Shown here piece after piece: positions 6,754-10,259 of a stretch of 10,259 bases of DNA; position 1 is the stretch's first letter, and the number at the start of each line of letters is the position of its first letter. The notes beneath the pieces were generated by a model. That model did not search any database, was not told where the DNA came from, and saw only the letters and a list, made by a program, of their open reading frames with translations. Location of the stretch: positions 1 to 10,259 of the forward strand of contig JASFEA010000115.1 of the NCBI GenBank assembly GCA_050125095.1. The letters are read 5' to 3'. Origin of the DNA: a bacterium (lineage in GTDB: Bacteria > Arandabacterota > Arandabacteria > Arandabacterales > JALGWA01). The position numbers and the translations under genes are program-made.

Positions 6754-8160
6754 TTAACGGTAGAGCGCCTTGATCCCGCCCCAGGTGGAACTCGACACGC
6801 TGCTCTGCGGGTCATTGGGCTCGTGAGGACTGAACGGCACTCCATAGTCGAACTCGGACGGCAGCGTCCAGTAATCGTCGCAGTCCGGATGGCGCACCAT
6901 CGACTCGTCGCGCCCGCCCTCCGACGCATACGAGTGGAAGTCCGCGAGCCCGCCCCCGGCGTCAAGCAGGCTTATGTCATCCCCGGAGTTGGCGAGACCC
7001 AGGCTTCCTGTCGAAGCCGTATAGACCTTGCCCGCGAAGCCCGTCGGCGTTCCGCCCCCGAACACGGTGACGAACTCCCCCGGGCTGACGATGACGCCTC
7101 CTTCGAATTCATGGCGCACCTTGAGATCGTCGCGCAGCACCCAGCCGGATATGTCCACGGGCGCGGCCCCGCAGTTGAGGATCTCGATGAACTCGTCATC
7201 GGAGGCGTCGCGCTCGCCGTCACGGTTCGCGTCGCCTTCGATATCCGGTGGGGGGTCGGCCAAAATCTCATTGATCTTAATGAGCAGCGAGCACTGCCTG
7301 ACGCGGTAACCCAGCCAGGGAGAGCGCGAGATGGCGCCCGTCCCGTCCTCCAGCGAGACCCGGTAATGAACCGTATCACCCACGGCGCAGGGGAGTATCG
7401 TGAACCCCCACGTGCCCAGGTCGCCCGCTCCGGAGAGCAGCGACATCGGGAGCTCTTCGCCGTCCTCAAGGTTGATATCAAAAGCGAGCAGCGCCTGGCC
7501 GATGAAGTCGGCATCCCCTGCCGCGACCGCGATGAGGACGCTGTCGCCCCCGGCCGGATAAACCGGGAAGCGAGTCATCTCCAGTATGTGCGGCGCGGGC
7601 GAGGACGCATTCGAAGCGCATGGGGTGGGATCGGCTCCCGCTCCCCCCTTGTCCGTGAAGTGGTCGAACAGGACCCAATCGGCGGCACCATCGGGGAGCC
7701 GCCCGATGGAGACGTCGGACCCTACCTCGGAAGACGTGTATTCAACCGAGTCGATTACGACCGTATCGCCGGCGCCCACGCTTACGAGCCACAGCATGTC
7801 GCCCGCGTTGTTCAGGCTCAGCCCAATCGAAGCGGCATCGTTCCCGCTCTGCCAGGCAAGCGCGGAGCTGCCATAGACGCAGGTGAATCCGCCCGGACCA
7901 AGCTCGCCGGCGAACCCGAACACGGGCACACGGGCCTCGCCGTTCAGAAGATAGAGGCCGTCTAACTGAATCGGGGCGGCCCCCGCATTCATGATCTCAA
8001 CCCACTCATCATCCCGCGAATCCGGCTCAAAGTCGCCGTCCCAGTCGCTGCCTGGCCCCGGCATAAACTCATTGATCACGGGCCCCGACAGCACCGGGCC
8101 CGCATGAAGCGCGGCTATCGATACAAGACAAACTGAGAAAATCCACAGAGCTCTCCACAT
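6754..8160 (-). CDS. Secreted protein with two lamin-tail domains (LTD), a central probable Ig-like domain and a C-terminal TWGGIKALYR tail (468 aa from ATG 8160)
   Basis: Signal peptide MWRALWIFSVCLVSIAALHA with GGGAGG RBS. LTD motifs PVINEFMP...DEWVEIMN...LNNAGD..L and IKINEILAD...DEFIEILN...LANSGDDISL. The ORF-track start at 8265 is probably too long. Confidence 0.87.
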   Translation of the reverse strand: MWRALWIFSVCLVSIAALHAGPVLSGPVINEFMPGPGSDWDGDFEPDSRDDEWVEIMNAGAAPIQLDGLYLLNGEARVPVFGFAGELGPGGFTCVYGSSALAWQSGNDAASIGLSLNNAGDMLWLVSVGAGDTVVIDSVEYTSSEVGSDVSIGRLPDGAADWVLFDHFTDKGGAGADPTPCASNASSPAPHILEMTRFPVYPAGGDSVLIAVAAGDADFIGQALLAFDINLEDGEELPMSLLSGAGDLGTWGFTILPCAVGDTVHYRVSLEDGTGAISRSPWLGYRVRQCSLLIKINEILADPPPDIEGDANRDGERDASDDEFIEILNCGAAPVDISGWVLRDDLKVRHEFEGGVIVSPGEFVTVFGGGTPTGFAGKVYTASTGSLGLANSGDDISLLDAGGGLADFHSYASEGGRDESMVRHPDCDDYWTLPSEFDYGVPFSPHEPNDPQSSVSSSTWGGIKALYR

Positions 8161-8186
8161 CCTCCACAACCTCCCATCATTAGGTT

Positions 8187-8203
8187 CGCATTTGAAGTGC
8201 CGG
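8187..8203 (-). promoter_or_regulatory. Putative sigma54 -24/-12 promoter of the LTD gene
   Basis: Minus strand CCGGCACTTCAAATGCG has GG-N10-GC spacing with a GGCAC core; predicted +1 near 8176, immediately before the RBS. Confidence 0.5.
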
Positions 8204-8301
8204 TGCCGCCGCTGCCGCAGAGCCCTGTCCGATTCCACCCCCTTTCCCAGGGCAGCACCAAGCATATGGCCGGGTGGAAGACGCGGTCAAGAATCACCCC
8301 C

Positions 8302-8355
8302 TGGGGTCAGGTCTCAAAATGCACAACCTCTTGGGGTCAGGTCTTAAGTTGCACA
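8302..8355. repeat. Two 24-bp direct repeats TGGGGTCAGGTCTyAArwTGCACA with a 30-bp period
   Basis: 8302-8325 TGGGGTCAGGTCTCAAAATGCACA and 8332-8355 TGGGGTCAGGTCTTAAGTTGCACA (21/24 identical); partial third copy GGGTCAAAATG near 8367-8377. Confidence 0.85.
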
Positions 8356-8380
8356 GCGGCACGCCCGGGTCAAAATGGTG

Positions 8381-8409
8381 TGGAAAACGCCGGGAGCGGC
8401 CGATATATT
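8381..8409 (+). promoter_or_regulatory. Possible sigma70 promoter giving a leaderless transcript of the sulfatase-like gene
   Basis: TGGAAA (8381-8386), 17-bp spacer, TATATT (8404-8409); ATG at 8416 sits at the expected +1; no Shine-Dalgarno. Confidence 0.45.
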
Positions 8410-8415
8410 AGATGT

Positions 8416-10233
8416 ATGAGCGTCATGAAACCCGAAATCCGCAGCCTCCTGGCTGTCGCCGCAGGCATTCTCCTGGCCGTCATCGCCGGGTGCGAACGCC
8501 AGTCCCGGCCGCTCAATGTCGTGATCATCGGCGTAGACACCGTCTGTTCCGACCACCTCAGCTGCTACGGCTATGATCGTGAGACCAGCCCTGAGATCGA
8601 CAATCTCGCAGCCCGGGGCACGCTCTTCGAGAACGCAGTAAGCCAGGCGCCCTGGACCCTTCCGTCCTTTGCGACCATTTTCACCTCCCTCTATCCTGTA
8701 CAGCACGGGGCCTCGGCCCAGAACACCAAGCTGAGAACAGATCATCCCACGCTTGCAATGATGCTCCTGAAGAAGGGGTATTCCACCGCGGGGATCATCA
8801 ACGCGCCTTTCCTCAGGCCCGAATACAAGCTGGACCGGGGCTTTGAGCACTATGACTACAAGCCCCCGTTCGCGGGGAGAATCGCCGGCGGTACTACAGC
8901 GGACGCTCTCGCCTGGATAGACGAACACATAGACGAGCACTTTTTCATTTTCGTTCACTACTTCGATCCCCACGAGCCCTACGCGCCGCCTGAACCATAT
9001 GACACCAAGTTCTGTCCCGACTACAGCGGCGAGCTTTCGGCGCCTTTCAGCCTCAGCTTCTTCCCCAGGGCGCGCGCAACGGATTTCGAGACTATGAAGA
9101 CTGTGTCCGAGGCGGACTGGAACTACATAAGGGCGCTCTATGACGGTGAGATATGTTACGCCGACCAGGCCATAGGAGACCTTATCGCCGGCATCGACGA
9201 AAGGGGTCTCACGGATAACACGCTCATAGTCTTCTTGAGCGACCACGGCGAGGAGTTCTTCGAACACGGCGGATTCGAACACGGCCATACGCTCTACAAC
9301 GAGCTCGTCAAGGTGCCGCTCATCATATCTCTACCCGGGCAGATCCCGGAGAATGCGCGCATAGCTGATCACGTCCGCCTTATCGACGTCGCGCCCACAG
9401 TGCTGGACTTGCTCGGCATTACGCCCCCCGCCCACCTCCAGGGCGCAAGCCTCAAGCCCCTCATAACTGGCAAGGGCGAGGTCATCGCGCCCGAGGGCAG
9501 CCTGCTGCCGCCGGGCATCGGCTATTCGGAATCCCTGCTCTACGGGACTGAGAGAAAATCGATACTCGCCTACCCGTGGAAGTACACATATGAAGTGATG
9601 ACGGGAAACCACATGCTCTTCAACTTAATGGCGGACCCCGACGAAATGGAGGACGTTTCGGCTGCGGATGCGGAGGCGCTGCGGCCCCTGGAGGAGCTTC
9701 TGGCCAGGACGATGTTCGGAATTTCTGAAACCTGGTACATAGAGCTCTGCGGCGACGGCGATGAACATACCTTCGACATCGATGTAGATTCCCGCTCAGG
9801 GCAGCGGACCGGCAGCGTTTACATCTCGCGCGCATTCGATTCGGGCGACCGTATGGTAGACATTGGAGTAGTCGGCCGAGGTGGGGTAGCTTCCGGTGGG
9901 GTGGCGCTGAAGGGCCTCAAGCTGAGCAGCAAGGCCACCATCGCCTTCAAAGTGGAACCTGAGAACACACCGCTCAAAATAGACGCGCGAATTGATGGAA
10001 AGACCGCATTAGAAAGCGTTTATCTCGGCATGGCTCTGGAGAATCCCGCCACGATGCCCTTCGCGGTCAATACACGGCCGGGGGAGAACCTCGAGTCAGG
10101 CGTGCCTGTCGAAAGGCCCGCGGGGCCGTTCATTCTCATATGGAAATCGGGGCGAAGCCTCAGTGATGCAGCTGTCTTCGAGCTCGGCGAATCAATTGAG
10201 AACGAGCTCCGCTCCGTAGGTTACCTTCAATAG
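8416..10233 (+). CDS. Sulfatase-like (alkaline phosphatase superfamily) hydrolase/transferase lipoprotein, about 605 aa
   Basis: Lipobox LAVIAG|C; motifs NVVIIGVDT..SDHL, WTLPSFATIFTSLYP, FVHYFDPHEPY, YDGEICYAD, SDHGEEFFEHG, VRLIDVAPT and terminal LRSVGY. Start at 8416 or 8425 rather than 8197. Confidence 0.9.
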   Translation: MSVMKPEIRSLLAVAAGILLAVIAGCERQSRPLNVVIIGVDTVCSDHLSCYGYDRETSPEIDNLAARGTLFENAVSQAPWTLPSFATIFTSLYPVQHGASAQNTKLRTDHPTLAMMLLKKGYSTAGIINAPFLRPEYKLDRGFEHYDYKPPFAGRIAGGTTADALAWIDEHIDEHFFIFVHYFDPHEPYAPPEPYDTKFCPDYSGELSAPFSLSFFPRARATDFETMKTVSEADWNYIRALYDGEICYADQAIGDLIAGIDERGLTDNTLIVFLSDHGEEFFEHGGFEHGHTLYNELVKVPLIISLPGQIPENARIADHVRLIDVAPTVLDLLGITPPAHLQGASLKPLITGKGEVIAPEGSLLPPGIGYSESLLYGTERKSILAYPWKYTYEVMTGNHMLFNLMADPDEMEDVSAADAEALRPLEELLARTMFGISETWYIELCGDGDEHTFDIDVDSRSGQRTGSVYISRAFDSGDRMVDIGVVGRGGVASGGVALKGLKLSSKATIAFKVEPENTPLKIDARIDGKTALESVYLGMALENPATMPFAVNTRPGENLESGVPVERPAGPFILIWKSGRSLSDAAVFELGESIENELRSVGYLQ

Positions 10234-10259
10234 CCGGAAGTTGCGCTGATGAAAAAGAT

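Noticed and set aside
5668-7965. ORFs 5668-6246, 5820-6239, 6582-6965, 6640-7965 and 6972-7514
   Set aside because: Shadow or off-frame ORFs over the MTH1187, nitroreductase and LTD genes, with low-information Arg/Pro/Ala-rich translations.
8302-8355. Direct repeats as a mini CRISPR array
   Set aside because: Only two copies separated by 6 nt, no spacer-length unique sequence and no cas genes.
8161-8415. N-terminal extensions of the LTD gene (to 8265) and the sulfatase-like gene (from 8197), implying a head-to-head overlap
   Set aside because: Signal peptides begin at 8160 and 8416/8425; the region is better explained as intergenic with promoters and repeats.
8344-9835. Minus-strand ORFs 8344-9288, 9331-9612, 9570-9779 and 9620-9835
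   Set aside because: Antisense to the clearly supported sulfatase-like gene.

Overview
GC-rich bacterial window with no mobile element, RNA gene or CRISPR array. Positions 1-4882 (- strand) hold a tightly packed type IV minor-pilin operon in the canonical fimU/pilV/pilW/pilX order. The pilX-like gene is missing from the ORF track because it runs off the left edge. The main oddity is the PilW-position gene, a 979-aa protein: a prepilin/PilW-like head fused to three SdrD-B/Cna-B-like Ig repeats and seven FG-GAP/VCBS-like repeats (probable beta-propeller). It looks like a minor pilin carrying its own stalk and adhesin head. A good sigma54 (-24/-12) motif precedes the operon. The rest of the window holds a small secreted hypothetical protein, a nitroreductase and MTH1187-family pair, a secreted double lamin-tail-domain protein, and a lipoprotein sulfatase-like enzyme. 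The lamin-tail protein ends in TWGGIKALYR and has its own sigma54-like motif plus upstream direct repeats with a 30-bp period. The sulfatase-like enzyme has Thr at the nucleophile position and is possibly leaderless. The TWGxIK tail hints at a lineage such as Eisenbacteria, Krumholzibacteria or Latescibacteria (inference only).
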